A stretch of DNA of 64,000 bases. Source: Camelus ferus. Lineage: Eukaryota. The DNA lies in NCBI RefSeq assembly GCF_009834535.1, contig NC_045696.1:10542001-10606000 (forward strand), written 5' to 3'. Positions 49,589 through 63,374 of the stretch are shown piece after piece; the stretch's first letter is position 1; every line of letters begins with the position of its first letter. The notes under the pieces are model-generated. The model was not told the DNA's origin. It made no database searches and worked only from the letters and a program-made list of their open reading frames with translations. The translations under genes were made by a program, and so were the position numbers.

Positions 49589-50330
49589 CTGTTGTATAAT
49601 AAAGCCTGTGACTGGCTTTTGTTTCTGGTTCATGAGAGGGAGCCTCCAAATTCTTGGAATTTCCCAGGTAACAGGAGTGTCTTTGTTACTCATGAGCCGC
49701 TTGGATCATACCTGAGTTTATCCTAAGAGATAAGATGATTCAGGATGGGGGCTGGTCACCAGAAAGCCAGCCAGGTGATCAGCAGGTTGGGGTTTGGGCC
49801 AGCCTGACCTCTGGGGGAGGGAGGGAGGTGGGGGGTTATTTCAGCCAAGTGGCTGGTGAGTCAGTCAATCATGCTGACGTAATGAAACTCCAGTGAAAAA
49901 CTCTGGACGTGGAGGCTGGGGAGACTGCTGGCTGGCTGGCTGACACGTTCGTTCGTGTGCCAGGCAGGTGACGTGCCTGATGCTACGGGGCGGGGGCACA
50001 GAAGCTCTGCACTGGGGACCTCTCAGACCTTGGCTGTGTGTGAGCTCTCATTTGGTTGTCCGGGTTTAGATACTTTATAATAAAAGTGTGATGGTAAGTT
50101 ATAGCACCTCCCTGGGCTCTGTGAGTCATTCTAGGGAATTATCAAACCCGAGGGGGCTGTGGGAGGCTCTGAATGTGCGGCCAGTCGGTCAGAAGTGCAG
50201 GTGGCCTGGGAATCCGGGAGCGTGGCTGGCGTCGAGGTGAGGGCCATCCGGGGGAGGGCCGCACCTTGACTCGAGGGGCCTGCGGGAAACTTGGTGCTTG
50301 AGCCAGGACCACATTTCAGCTGGTGTCAGA
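49589..50330 (+). mobile_element. ERV LTR (MER21-like)
   Basis: 'cttggaatttcccaggtaacaggagtgtctttgttactcatgag', 'tcaatcatgctgacgtaatgaaactccagtgaaaa' and 'ctgtgagtcattctagggaattatcaaacccgagggg'. Confidence 0.75.
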
Positions 50331-50649
50331 AGGGTTACCAAAAAATCAAGTTGCACACTCACAAATGAAACCCAACACCTCACAGTGCTGAGTTTCAAGA
50401 AGCAGAGGTAGGAAAGGCAGTTCCCGGGACATAGAAGATCCTTGGTAAAGGTCTACTTTTATTGTTTTACTATTAATAAAGATTTTTTTGGGGGGAAAGT
50501 CCTGATCTGTGACTTCCCCCAGGTAAATCGGAGGTCCTTCATTCTCCCAGATCAACTTCTTTGTCACAGTGAGAGGAGGAGGTGGGACGGGAGACAGTAA
50601 GATTCTCGAAAGTTTCATCTTCCACTCGTTTTTCTTTCACGACCGATCA

Positions 50650-51510
50650 TCCATTCACTTGTTAATTTATTCACGGACTATCCCTGCTGTGAGCCTGGCA
50701 CAGTCCTAAGTGCTCAGGATGTAAATGTTACTGTCCTCCTGGAGCTTGTGTGTCTTGGGAGCTGGGGTGGGGAGGCCGACTACACACAGTAAATGTGATA
50801 AATATAGGTCATGGATGTCATGGGTAAGGAGGTGAAAAGTGCCGTGGGGTAAAGTGAAGTAGGGTTTGGGGGGTGGGAGCACTGGATGGGTGAGGTTACC
50901 ATTTTAAGTAGGGAGGTTGAGGCAGGCTCATTGAGAAGGTGCTGTCTGAGCGAAGACTTGAGGGGGTGAGGGTGGGAGTGGTGAGGACGTCTGAGGATGC
51001 GTGCTCTAGGCAGAGAAGCAGCCTTGGCGTGCTGGAGGAGCGTGGCGGGGTACGGTGTGCAGGGAGCAGCGTCAGCCAGGGGGAGGGTCTCGGGTTCCAG
51101 ATGAGGTCCAAGAGGGACTGGCGATGGGGTGTGGGACGGGGCGGATCTTGTAGGGCGTCAGGGTGTTGGTGTGGTAAAGACTTTGCTTTGACTCTGAATA
51201 GAATAGAGGAGTCCCTGGAGGATTCAGAGCAGCAAGCTGACTTGATCTGACTTAGGTTTTTAAGGAACCATCCTGGCTGCTGTGTTAAGAACAGACTGCG
51301 TGGGGCAGGGAGACCAGGTGAGGCTACAGTAAGAATCCAGACATTACATGATGCTGTCCAGACAGAGGTGTGAGAAGTGGTCATATTCTGGATATCCTTT
51401 CAAGTTTAGGATTTGCCAACAGATGGGTTGTGGGGTTAGAGGGAGAGCAGGATGCTCCCCTGGTTTTGGCCTGAGCCACAGCTGCCACTCACTCACTGAG
51501 ATGCGAAAGG
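50650..51510 (-). mobile_element. L2 (L2a-like)
   Basis: 'gacttgatctgacttaggtttttaaggaaccatcctggctgctgtgttaagaacagactg' and 'gtgagaagtggtcatattctggatatcc'. Confidence 0.8.
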
Positions 51511-51974
51511 CCGCAGTGACCTTTTAGGGACCATCTGCTAGTCCTGCAAAGTCATGTCCTGCTTGGGCGTCCCCAGGTGGGTTTGCCACTTTGTGTTTCT
51601 ACCTAAATAGCCCTGTTTGTTTCAGTCTTTGGTAGAAACTTTCCACGGACTGCTCTGGCTTTAACTCTACAGACAAATCAGCTGCTTTGATCAGACTGAT
51701 GTTTGGTTTGTCTATGGAACGCTCCTTCAGAGTCATTCATCTTGAGTGCTTGTTTAGGAAGTGTGTGTATATATATGTCTGAGTTTATAAGATGCTTTCA
51801 GTTTTGACCATTTGCGAATATATATATTCACACACACACATATATATATACACATTCACACGAGTAATGTGGTGGTAATTTAAAACTACACTTAATTTTA
51901 GATCCATCCTTTGGAATTGAGCTCTCTTTTTCACATTGCTTCTGTCTCAGTGATAAAAAATATGACTGTGCTAT

Positions 51975-52335
51975 TTTTCTTTTTAAAATTGAAATACGTT
52001 TGACAAGTAACATTGTGTATGTTTCAGATGTACAATGTGTTGATTTGATACATTTATATATTATAATACGATTGCCACTGTAGTGTTAGCTGACACCTCT
52101 ATGACATCATATAATTATCATTTATTTTTTCGTGGTGGGAATAATTTAGATGCAGTCTCTGAGCAAGTCTGATATTTCTAATACGATATTGTTGCCTATA
52201 ATCATTATATTGTGCATTAGATCGCGAGGGCTCATTTATTTCCAGTTGCAAATTTGTATTCTTAAACACCACCTCTCCCATCTCCACCCCCCACCTGGCC
52301 CCCAGCCCCTGGTAACTATCTTTTTCTTAATTCTA
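51975..52335 (-). mobile_element. L1 3' end, antisense
   Basis: 'tttttaaaattgaaatacgtttgacaagtaacattgtgtatgtttcagatgtacaatgtgttgatttgatac'...'ccccagcccctggtaactatc'. Confidence 0.8.
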
Positions 52336-55300
52336 TCTCCCAGGATCCAAAAATAGTATATTCATTGCACAGACTATCCAAGGTCATTCTGGAATGTATT
52401 TGGAAATACAGTCTCAGTATTTGTGGAATGGTTTTGCTTGTTCAAATCTCAGGTTAAAGAAGGGTTTTGTGACATTGCGGTGTGCTTCCTTTTGGAAATC
52501 TGCTGATAATCTCTTTAACAGGACAACTTGAATCTTCCAGAGAGATTTTGGGATCCCATTAAAATGTCCAAGCATGCTGGCAATTTACTGTTCAGATGAA
52601 TGGCACCTATTTGAATATTATTTAGATAGTCAGTATTTACGTTCTTAATTGCCTTTTGAAACCACGATCAAGGTTTAAAAATGGTACTTCGAAATGGCTT
52701 TTAACAACTGAATTTCCAAATTGAGCAGAAAAGACATAGAATTAAAAACCTTCACAAATGGTCAAAACTGAAGGCATCTTATGAACTCAAACATGGAAGA
52801 CGCTCCTTAACACTAAAACAGCATCGTCAAAAGTGAGAGTGTGTGTGTTCACTGTCCTTGCTTCACATTTTGTGTGAGACTTCTTGAAGCAATGGAAATT
52901 TGCTAGAAATTGGTTGTTCACGTCCCCTGTTAGATTTGTTTCTGAAAATGGTTTTGCAAGAGAGTTTAATGATATCCCACAGTGTGGAGCCACACACTGA
53001 AATTGTCTTCAGCGTTGTTTACTGTCTTTTTCTTTTTAATCCGTTACTGCTGAAGAAGTCATTGAAGCAGTAATGTAATTTATCATTCCTCATTCTGGTG
53101 ACTTAGCTTTTCTTATTTGCGGAGCATCAAGGTAGCAGCAAAGAGCATCCTTGAACATAAGTGCTGTGAGCATAAGTGCTTCTTTGACTGGTCGGAGGGG
53201 CGATGTGGGTGAGTGTATTGTAAAAGGGTATGATACCAACCTTGTGAACTGTATGCTTAATTTTTCCTAAAACTTCTGCTTTGTTTCAATTAAAATTTTC
53301 CTAGGAGGCGCTAGTAAAAACATTTTATAGTGGGGCGTTTCAAATATGTTTCTGAAATTCAATGCCCAAAGTAGAGAGAATAGTTTCATCAATTCTTGTA
53401 TACCTGAGAGCCAGCTCCAGCAGTGATCCACACGTGGCCAGCCTAGTTTCATCTATACTCTCAATCTGCTGGGGTGTTTTGAAGCAAATCCAGACATTAG
53501 ATTGTTTTATCCATAAATACATTAGTATAGAAAAGGGAAGGACTTGAAAAATAATGTATAACAATATACAACAAAGACAATTTATTTTGCATCTTGGCTT
53601 GTGGACTGGTGCTAATTCCAGCATTATTTTGTCACTATTGATCTGCTACTTGGGACATGTTTTCTCCATTCCATAAAAGCAGATACATTAGCTATTCTGT
53701 TTGATTATTCTGGGACTGTCTTTTGAAAGAGGATTTATTTATTCAACAAATATTTACTGACTCCTACTAAAAGCCAGGAGTGGTCTATGCACCGGGAACT
53801 CAGAGACAAAACACCCCGAGCTGGGAGATCAGCCTTGATACAAATACTGCCTACCATGCTCTCTGGCACAGGTGTGTATGGGCTGCTTCGTGTCTGGGAG
53901 AGATTTCTTCCTCTTGCTCACAATTGAAAAAATGCAACTTGATCCTGGTCAAATTTCAAGTGTTGCTGATTAGTTAATTAGGGATGCATACTATACGGCC
54001 CATTTTAGGTGTCTATAGGTTTATCACAGATAAACAGACCAAAGATGCCTTTCTTGACGTGTGCAACTCTGCTGAAAAGGCTTGCCCTGTTTCTCCCCAG
54101 CTTCCTTCCCCAACAGCACACACAGGGCCTCTGGTTTGGTAGCAGAAATGCTGGAAATGAATTCTGTTCTTGGGAATGAGGGAAGAGCCAGAGAGGGAAT
54201 GTGGCAGGGAAGGCTGGGGGAAGGCAGGCCGGACACCGGCGGGGCCCTCAGCGGGACCAAGTCCCCAAGGGCCTCCCCAAGTAGTGGGAGGTGCCGGCAG
54301 CTGCCTGGGTTTGGAGATAAAGTGACTGAAAAGCTGTCAGATGCCTGTGACACCGCCCTCCCCCCAGTCTCCCCATCCCTGAGAGTTCCACTTCCGTCAC
54401 CTGGGCCTGGTTGGCCTAGCGCAGGCTGTGGGGGGCAGCCTCCTTACGCAGGGGTCTCTTACTCTTCCCCCTGCCCTCCTTCCCTCTCCTCCTCTCCTTG
54501 GGGCTCTGGTACCTGCTGAGTAAGACCAGCTCCGCGTTGGGAGCTGCTGCTCCCCGGGAGGGCAGTGGCCTCCAGCCTGGGGACTGGAGCCGTGACTTGT
54601 TCCCGGGACCTGCCCTCCTGCTTCCCTCCTTCTCTCCTGCCTGGGGTCTTGGGGCTGGACTCCAGGCTTGGTGGGCTCCCGCCTATGCTCAGTCCCCAGG
54701 GGCTGCAGCCAGTATGCCTGGGCCCAGGCCCTGAGCTGCCGAGCTGGTTAATTAGCCTGCAGCCGGGAATACCCATCTGTTCCCGGCAGGCTGTGCTGCT
54801 CCCATCCCCCTGCCGCCCGACCCCCGACTCCCAGACCAGGCAGAATCTGCCCCCCCCCCACCTGCTCTTCTCCCTGGAGATGGTCCCTCCCTAAGGGCCT
54901 TGTCATGGGGCTTCATGTCACCATCTAGTAAATCCTGCTCTCTACTCTGCCTGCAGGACAGGTGGGGACAGGTGGGATGGGAGGGCAGGGGGACGGGGGA
55001 GAGGCAGCTCCCCCTGGCGACCGCTGAGCCCTCCCTGTGCTGCCCGCAGACCCTGGGGCCACTGCCCTCCTTTGTCAGGTGCAGGCACAGCCCCCACGAG
55101 GATGGTTTATGGAGATCCTGGCCTCCTAGTTGGGGTCCCCCAGCGCAGAGCCTGAGACATGGGCTTGGGTGTAGGTGGTCTATTTCAGGGGAACTCTAGG
55201 AAGCAGGGGTGAAGGGGTTGAGAAACAGAGAGGGAAGAAAGGCCAAGGAGAGGTCCAGCAAGAGAAAGAACAGAGAGTAGCCTGTTCAGAATGTTTCTTT

Positions 55301-55501
55301 AGGAAAACCAAGCAGCTGACGAGAAGTAGGGGAGGCTGGAGCAGGAAGCATGTTTAGGGGCTAGTCCAGACAGGGGGTAGAGAGGTTCTGAGCCTGGATG
55401 GCGGCAGTGAGAACAGAGAAGAGGGAGCAAGAATGAATGACACCAAAGGGGAGGGGCTGGCAGCACTTCGTGACAGGGAAGGGGTGCCAGGGTAGAAAGG
55501 G

Positions 55502-55532
<31 letters not shown>

Positions 55533-56149
55533 GGGAGACGAAAGTAAAGAGGATGTATTTGGTCTTGTACATGAGCCTCCCTGCCTCCCAGGGCACGATA
55601 CCTTGCATTTAAATCAGTCAGCATCTGTGACACGGTTCTGCTCCCATTTTCCATTTCTTTTCTGTCCTCACTCTCCTTCATTAGCTCCTCTGCCCTCTTA
55701 GAAGCCCAGTGTCTGAGGACCATGCCTTTGGGTCACAAGAAACCTTGTTTTTGACAACCCCCACCCCCACCCCGGGGCTCTCATTCGTCTCATGAGCTCC
55801 ACCTCTGGCCTGACCTCTTCTCAAGCTTCACAAACATCACCCGGTGGGGGGGTGTCCCACAGTCCTTCAACCTGGCATTTCTCCAGTGAAACCCTTTACC
55901 TTTCTGACTCTCGTCTTTTTCTTGTGCTCCACACTCAGAAGGACAGAGCGCCACCACCCATGTGGTTAGAAACTGAGTCCAGAAACTGAGTCTTCCTTCC
56001 CCACCCTCCATCCACCAGCTCTTCTGACCTCCCCCTCGGTGCCCCTCCTCGAAGCCCCTTGGCTCCTCCTGGGGCTCTGGGCGTTGCTGCGACCACCGGC
56101 AGGTGTGGCCTGACAGCAGCGCAGTGGGCACATCTTCCTCTCTGCACGG

Positions 56150-56510
56150 GCCCGTGCGGACTTGCCTAGCTGTTTGGGCGTATGTGTAAACTTGGAAGTT
56201 CAAGGAAGGTAACATTCCTTTGGACAAACCTTGGCCAACGGAGGTGAGAGTTGATGGTAAATATCCCCTCTGTCCATGTCTTGAGTGGACAGCTCTGGGG
56301 TCCCTACACATTTCCTCAGAGGGTCTGCAGGGGAGCCAGCCTCACTGCCCACTGCGATGACCACCCCAATAACGCCCCCTTGACCTGACCCCCTCTCCCC
56401 TCTCTCACTCCTCCCAGCCCCCACTGCTGTCCCCTGGGATCATTTCCTAAACTGCCTGCACATAAGCCCTTGTCACAGGCTCTGCTTCTGGGGGAGCCCT
56501 AGTTAGATAC
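56150..56510 (+). mobile_element. ERVL LTR (LTR16-like)
   Basis: 'aaccttggccaacggagg...tggacagctctgggg...ccctgggatcatttcctaaactgcctgcacataagcccttgtcacaggctctgcttctggggg'. Confidence 0.6.
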
Positions 56511-57403
56511 CCTTTAAACATCCCCCAGAGATCTCCCTTTCCATCCAGTACCACTTCCCCGCTACTCCCAGCCTCGCCATCGCTCACGTGGACCAATCAC
56601 AGCAGCTCATGTGTTCAGTTCGCCTCTACCCCTGTTCTGTGTGAACCTGGCCACATTTTAGCCAGCGTGATCTATGTGAGATGAGAATTTGACTATGCCT
56701 CTCCTCTGCTTTGAGTCCTTAAGAAGCACTCCAGCGCCCAGAGAATAAATCCCAGGCTTTGCAGCACAGACCACAGGACGCTCCTGGCCTGGTCCCTGCT
56801 TGTCTCTCCAGCCTCGCCTGTGGTTTTCATTCTCCTGCTTACTGTTAACTCCAAGCTGCTTTAGTTTTCCTGCACATGCTGTGCTGGGCCATTCCTCGGT
56901 GCTTTTGCTCATACACTTGCCTGAATGCTGCCACCTTTCTTGGCCTGGCTAATCGTCCCCTGGTCTTTAAGTCTTAACTTGGACATCACCATGGCCCCTG
57001 CCAGAGCCCTCTGCTGTCCCCACCTCAGAGCAATGCTCTGTGATCTGAGCTCCTTGGGGAAGAACCACATCCATTTACCTTTAAATTGCCACCACTAATA
57101 CTGTGCCTGGCACAGAGCAAGTGCACAAGAAATACCTTTTTAGACTAAATGCTAAATTAAATCACCATTGATGCAAATCTTCTGTCGCCTGAATTTCTCA
57201 TAGTTGTTGGTCCTGTAGGACATCGGGCTGCTGAGACACGCTGGGAGGAAGAGCTGGGGAGGGCGTCCTTGGCTGCAGGGGCAGAGCAGGGACCGGCTGT
57301 GCACTGCCCTGCATGCACGCTGCCCTCATCACCGGAGCCCTTGTCTGGTTGGCTCCTCTCTTTCTCTTCAAACACCTGCGCTCTGCTTCCCAGTACCAAA
57401 GCC

Positions 57404-58069
57404 TGAACTAGCTCCCTAGGGCCGCCACGACGAAGCACCACGGACTGGGTGGCTGGAAACAGTAGAGCTGTACTGTCTCACATGTAGGCCACAAGTCCGG
57501 AATCAAGACGCCAGCAGAAACGTGTTCCCTCCGAAGGCTCTAAGAAAGAATCCTTTCTCACCTCTTCCAGCTTCGGATGGTTGCTGGCAGTCCTTGCTGT
57601 CCCTTGGCTTGTAATTTCATCGTTCCAGTTTCTGCTTCTGGTCCCAGAAGATGTCTTCTCTCTGTGTGTCTGCATGTCTCCAAATTTTCTTTTCCTTTAA
57701 AAAAAATTTTTTTTAAAATTTATTTATCATTTATTTTTTGAGAGGGGAGTTAACTAGGTTTATTTATTTATTTACTTGCTTACTTACTTATTTATTACTG
57801 GAGGGACTGGGGATTGAACCCAGGACCTCATGCATGCTAAGCACGCACTCTACCACTGAGCTATTCTTCCCTCCATCTCCACATTTTCTTCTCCTTATGA
57901 GGACACCTGTCATTAGGTTTGGGGCCCACCATACTGCAGTAGGACCCCATCTTAACTTGATGACATCTGCAATGACCCTGTTTCCAAATAAGGCCCCATT
58001 CACAGGGGCCAGGGTGGTTAGGATTTTAATATCTCTTTTTGAGGGGGACACAAAATTCAACCCACAACA
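57404..58069 (-). mobile_element. MaLR solo LTR (MLT1C-like) containing a SINE
   Basis: 'gaagcaccacggactgggtggctggaaac'...'atctgcaatgaccctgtttccaaataagg'...'caaaattcaacccacaaca'. Confidence 0.8.
57692..57875 (-). mobile_element. vic-1-like SINE
   Basis: 'ctggggattgaacccaggacctcatgcatgctaagcacgcactctaccactgagcta', with TSD tctcca(a/c)attttctt. Confidence 0.9.
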
Positions 58070-59544
58070 ACTACAATTCACTGAACATGTTTATGTGTCC
58101 AGGATTGTGTTATGTGTGTTGAGCATAAAATCATATTTAATCGCCCCCACGACCCTGCCAGCTAGGTTGTATTACCAACCTGATTTCACATGTGAGGACC
58201 TTGAAGCTCAGAGAGGCCCCATGGCTAGTTCAGAAACAAGACTTCCCTGTGGCATGCGTCATTCATCACCAGCTCCATGGGTGCTGTGAACAAGACGGTT
58301 TGGAGGGGGCTATGGAAAAAGGCGTCCTGGACCTCATCTTCAGCAAGCCGACACCTGACGATGGAGCCAGGATCAAAATCTCAGAAGGAAAGGGAAGACT
58401 CTGTATAAGGCAAATCGATTTAAAGTTATGAAACATCTCTGGATCAGAGGTTGAGGGAGGCCTGGGCCACTTTTATTTTCTGAAGCCCCTGACATATTAG
58501 GGGCGGGGGGGGGGGAGAAGAATGCTAAAAGGATCTTGTAGAAAGTACAAGATATTTTAAATGTTTACATTGAGCAAGTGAACATTTTGACATGTCAAAA
58601 AATATAATATCAAGATATTTAACTTCAACTTGGAGATAATATCAAAACCTGGAAAAACAAAGCTCTCTGGGAATGTGAGCTTCCAGTTCTAGGGGGAGAG
58701 TACAGACTACAGAGAAGAGCAAACGCATTGGTCAAACAATAGGAATGTGGTAAGTACTGCTGGGCATCGTTCTCCCAGGAGCACGACAGTCTCCCACTGC
58801 ACAGTGACCAGAGGGGTTGGGTTGTCCATGTGAGGGTCAGGAAGGAGGGTGGTCCACCCGGAGCAGGCTGACAGAGCAGTTGGTGACCCCATTTCCCTAG
58901 GTTTCAGCCAAAGATATCCAGATGTCCTGGGAGAGCCGTTGAATGCTCTCAGCTCTGAGTTTTCTTGCCTCTGCCAGCTTAGCACCAGACAGTGCCCTCC
59001 ATCCAACAGGTTTTTTAGAGATAACCTGTTCCTGGGGGACCTAAAGCTTGTGGCTTTAGAATTAATCCAGAAAAAGAGCCCTGTTATAAGGGGGAAGGGA
59101 GCTGCCGGGCATTAGAGGCTTGAATTCAAACAAAAGTGGTGCATCCCATCCTGCTTTCTGGTCTCCTTTGGACTAATTTCTCCACCTGTGATCAGAAGAA
59201 CCTGGCTCCCGTCAGAACCTGCTGGGTCAGAGCCCGGTGGAGGCAGAGACGGGCAGAGGTATTGCAGCTGATGGTTACAACCCCTGAGGCCTGTGGTCCA
59301 TTACTTTAAGCTTGGGGGTGGAGGTAGGCTGGAGAAGATGGTGTCAGGAGATTCTTGAGGAGCAGGGGAGTAGTTTAAGTGACTGGGAAGTAGGAGGCCC
59401 GAGTACTAGGTTGGGTAGCGGGTGTGCCACTGCACTGGTGGCTATTTAGGGAGGACTGAACCAGGAAGCACCCCCCTCCCCCAACTCCCCTAGCCTCAGT
59501 TACTAAACAATCCAGGCCCTTGTATCCACCTGCTGCCTTGCCGT

Positions 59545-60258
59545 TTATTCTGGTTACCACTGCTGTAGAGAAAACCGCCCCAAACACTGGCGGTCTAAAC
59601 AACGACAGTCATTTTGTGATCTGTCACAGTTTCTGTGAGTCACAAATTCAGGAAAGGTTCAGCTGAGTGGTTTTGTCAGGGTCTTTTGTGTGGCTGTTGT
59701 GAGATGGCAGTTGGAGCTGGGACATCAGGGATCTGGAGCAGCTGGGAGCTGGCTTTCTTCTCTCTTCGAATGTCTGGACAAGTCTCCCCAGGAGGTCTTC
59801 CTGTGTGCGGGTGTTTGGGCTTCCTCACACCATGGCCGCCACGTGGGCCCTTTCACGGCGAGGTGGCTCAGGGCCCTGCTCAAGTGCTCCCGTGAACAGG
59901 GCGGAAGCTCCTTCACCTTTTATGACTCAGCCTTGAAAGCTACACAGTATCACTTCTGACACATTCGATTGGTTACAAGTGAGTTACAAGCTCGTGTAGA
60001 TTCAAAGAGAGGCACAGAGCCCTACCTTGCAGGGGAAGGACTGCCAAAGTCATGAACTATAGAAGATCATGTGGGAGGGGGGAGGGGGGAGGGCATAGCT
60101 CAGTGGTTGAGTGTGTGTTTTGCATGCATGAGGTCCTGGGTTCAATCCCCAGTGCCTCCATTAAAAACATAAATAAATAAACCTAATCCCCACCCCCCAA
60201 AACAAACAGAGGTAAAAAAGATCACATGGGATAGAAGATGTCCTTGCAGTCACCTTGG
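59545..60258 (-). mobile_element. MaLR LTR (MLT1G/H-like) containing a SINE
   Basis: 'cacagtttctgtgagtcacaaattcaggaaaggttcagctgagtgg'...'gtatcacttctgacacattcgattggttacaagtgagttacaag'. Confidence 0.7.
60077..60217 (+). mobile_element. vic-1-like SINE
   Basis: 'gggcatagctcagtggttgagtgtgtgttttgcatgcatgaggtcctgggttcaatccccagtgcctcc', with TSD aagatca(tg/ca)tggga. Confidence 0.9.
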
Positions 60259-63200
60259 AACAAATATATAAATTATATAATATAAATAGTGTATTATATA
60301 TATAATATATATTTGATTCAGGGTGTGAGACTATATGTATATCATACCACAACTTCAATCAAAACATTGTTTTAGAAACAGAAAATTTCTCTGCTGGTCA
60401 GTCTGTTAGTGATGGGGAAGTCTCCTTTCCTTGAACTGTTTTCAAGGACTTGGAGATTTTCATTTTGAAAATGAGGAGCTGGGAAGTCTTTATTCTTCTG
60501 AAAAGATGTCAAATGATTTCTGAGGCCAAAGCCGTAAATGGTGTTTCTTCAGATATCACTAAAACAAACAAAAAAATCGTTTGCTTGGTTATACACGGAT
60601 GAGTGCCTAAGACATACTTCTTCCCGTTTTGTTGATGAGGAAACTGAGATTCAGAGAAGAGACCGAAGGTCCAGCCCAATAACAGAAAACTGGGATTAAG
60701 TGGGATTAAGAATTTCTGTGTGAATGCACTTACCACCACTGAACTGTACAATTAAAAACGGTTAAAAGAGGAAATTTAATGTTACATGTGTTTTTTTTTA
60801 ATCACAGTGGAAACAAAAAGATTTTCTGGTTTGACACGAGGGCCTCCATCAGGTGATTGCCATGGTGGTGGGGAGCCATTCACAGTTTCTAGGAGACATT
60901 CTGCCACGTCTGGGAGCTGGTGACATTCCAACAAAACTCAGACAAAACCGAGAGCAATTTGCTTCCTTGCTCAGAGCTCTGCAGTGGCTCCCAGCACACA
61001 CAGGATGGAGTTTAAGTCTCTTTGCAGGATATTCAGGGCCGTCTGTGATCTGATGTGCTCCCGCAAAGCCTGCCTGCGAAGGGAGAGACCCAGCAGGAGG
61101 ACCCGGTACCCTGCTGACCTCCCACACCTTCAATATCACCGGGAGGGTGAAATGATGGGGTTTCTTGTATGTATCTTTCCTCAAAATTCATTCATACTGG
61201 TTGCAGGGCGACAGTTTCTGGAAAAGCTGCTGGCTCACTGCTCTCCCACCCTCAGCACCCACCCCCTCTTTCTTGAAGAGCTCTTGCGGGGTTTTAACAA
61301 AGGAGAGAGACCCACTTTGAAATTTCCTTTGTTCCATGCGAGGCATGAAGCTGAAAGAAAGAGAACAGGTTGGCCGTCTGGACTGACAGGGGACTGATGG
61401 GGGCCACGGGCTGCAGAGGAGGCCAGAGAAGTCTCGGGCAAGTTCCCATATGCTGAGGAGTTTGTAGAAGAACTTGAAGCCAACTGCGCTCTTTGGATCA
61501 GTGCTTGCTCCGTGCTGATCCAATACATCTCAAGCGGCCCATAAAATTTTTACCACATTTCGTCCACCCGTGGATACTGTGACCTAACGTGACCCAGTCA
61601 GAAATCTGTTTTGGCATTGTTTTCAGAGGGGATTGGAACGGCCTTGGGCCACGGCCGAATTGACAGTGTTTGCTTTAATCAGGGATGATGGCTTCTGGTG
61701 GGAATGGAAGGCAGGTGGTATGGGGAGCCATGAACTTTGTCACAGAGCAGTGACTTCTGTAAAATTCACAGCAGTTCCTTCCAATTCTGTCGGAATGAGC
61801 CAGAGTGAGTATAAATGTGTCCTATGGGCTGTGAGTAAGAATGCAAATGGCTTCTTATTTCAACCTTGAACTCATGGGAGGGAAGCTTAAGTGGGCCAAG
61901 CATGAATTGTTTTAATTGTTTGAAAGTTTTTTTACCCTATTCTTTTATCTTATTAACTCAGATTAAATAAGTAGAAAGAAATCAAAAAGATGGACCCTGC
62001 TTTTCTAATCTATTACAGTTAATCTATTTGGGGCATGAGACTCCTAAACTGTTGAATTCCCCATGGTTGGTTAAGAAACCCTCCAGGAAAAGACTGGTTT
62101 TACTTTGAAGTCCCTAAAAACCTCGAGACTTTTCTTAGTTTGTAAATGTGGGAGAGTAGCCACAAGTTCCTCTGGATTCTTATTTATTTGATTCGATCCT
62201 TGGATGCCTTTGAGCCAGAATTTGATGGTTTGTTTTTAGGACTGTTCTGATATTATCTTGTCAACCATTTTAAACTTCATGCTTCTTATATTTTTGTCAA
62301 CCTATCAGACAAGCCTCAGGAGTCACAGCCATGTTGTCAAGATAACACTTCTGGCAACAGTAATATCATCTCAGTGAATTTCACCTAATTTTAGGTGAGT
62401 CCACATTCCTTGATGGAAATAGAAGCAAATAAAACATGCTGTGACTTTGATGAAATAAATTAGATGCAGAACCTTGAAGTGGTAGACGTGCTTTGTAGAC
62501 ACAATAAAGAAGTCACCACCATAACCACAACCATTGTTGGGACCTGCAATGATCCTGCAATGAGCAAGGCCACTAACACAGCTCTGGCCAGCTCAGAGTT
62601 GACTTTTGGTTGTTCCTGATTTTACCAGTTTTGCAGAGCTATAGGCTTAGCAAATGTGCGTCTTTAAGACTGTCTCTTGGCTTCATTAAATTTGCTTCAG
62701 TGCTACAGGACAAATAAGACAGGTGACTGAATCAAAATTCACAAAAATCAAAATCAAAATCAAAGTGGCCACCAGAAATTTTGAATGCAAAGATTTAGCT
62801 TGATCAGACTTATGGCATTTGGGTGAGTGATCAAAGCAAATGCTGCTTTCCTCTAGAGCTGTGATTCCTACCATGATGGAACTGTAACATTTCCCCCTAT
62901 TTCTAAACCAGCTATGTTTTATATATATATAAAATCTATATATCTATATGGCATGTGTATATGTGTCTGTGTTTCAATTTAAGCAACATTGATGTCATTG
63001 TCTTATGAAAATATTTTATTGATTTTACTATGCTGTTTAGGGAATTTGGAGATGCTCTGTGTTTTATAAAGCCAAGGCTGAGAATGGCCATTCCAGAGAG
63101 ATCTGGTGGTCTATTTGGGCACCTGTCCATTAACTTACCCCAGTTCTAGAGTGTGGGAAATAATAGGAGAGACTCGAGGAGTTTGCTTGGCTGTGGTGAG

Positions 63201-63374
63201 CAAGAAGATGTGATTTGGAGGGTGGGGACTGAGCTGTAACTCCGCCCAGACATTTTAAATGGCCCCTGCTTTGAGCCTTGGCAGACACCTTCCTGGTCAC
63301 CTTGATAGTGGCTGTTAGTTGCTGAGCTCAGAAGCCTAGATCCCACTCTTAGAACTCCTGACTCCAAGAGGGTA

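Noticed and set aside
54459..54776. 105-aa minus-strand ORF as a coding first exon
   Set aside because: Low-complexity G/S/P-rich translation with no recognisable homology. The region is kept only as a regulatory candidate.
60077..60160. tRNA-like sequence with A/B boxes (and six similar copies)
   Set aside because: These are SINE heads with A-rich tails and TSDs, and they lack an intact cloverleaf.
60849..61528. Several 100-137 aa ORFs
   Set aside because: Not recognisable as any protein or processed pseudogene, and no poly-A/TSD framing.
62380..62620. AG|GTGAGT donor near 62395 and a nearby short ATG frame
   Set aside because: An isolated splice-like motif with no convincing acceptor or ORF; such motifs are expected by chance.
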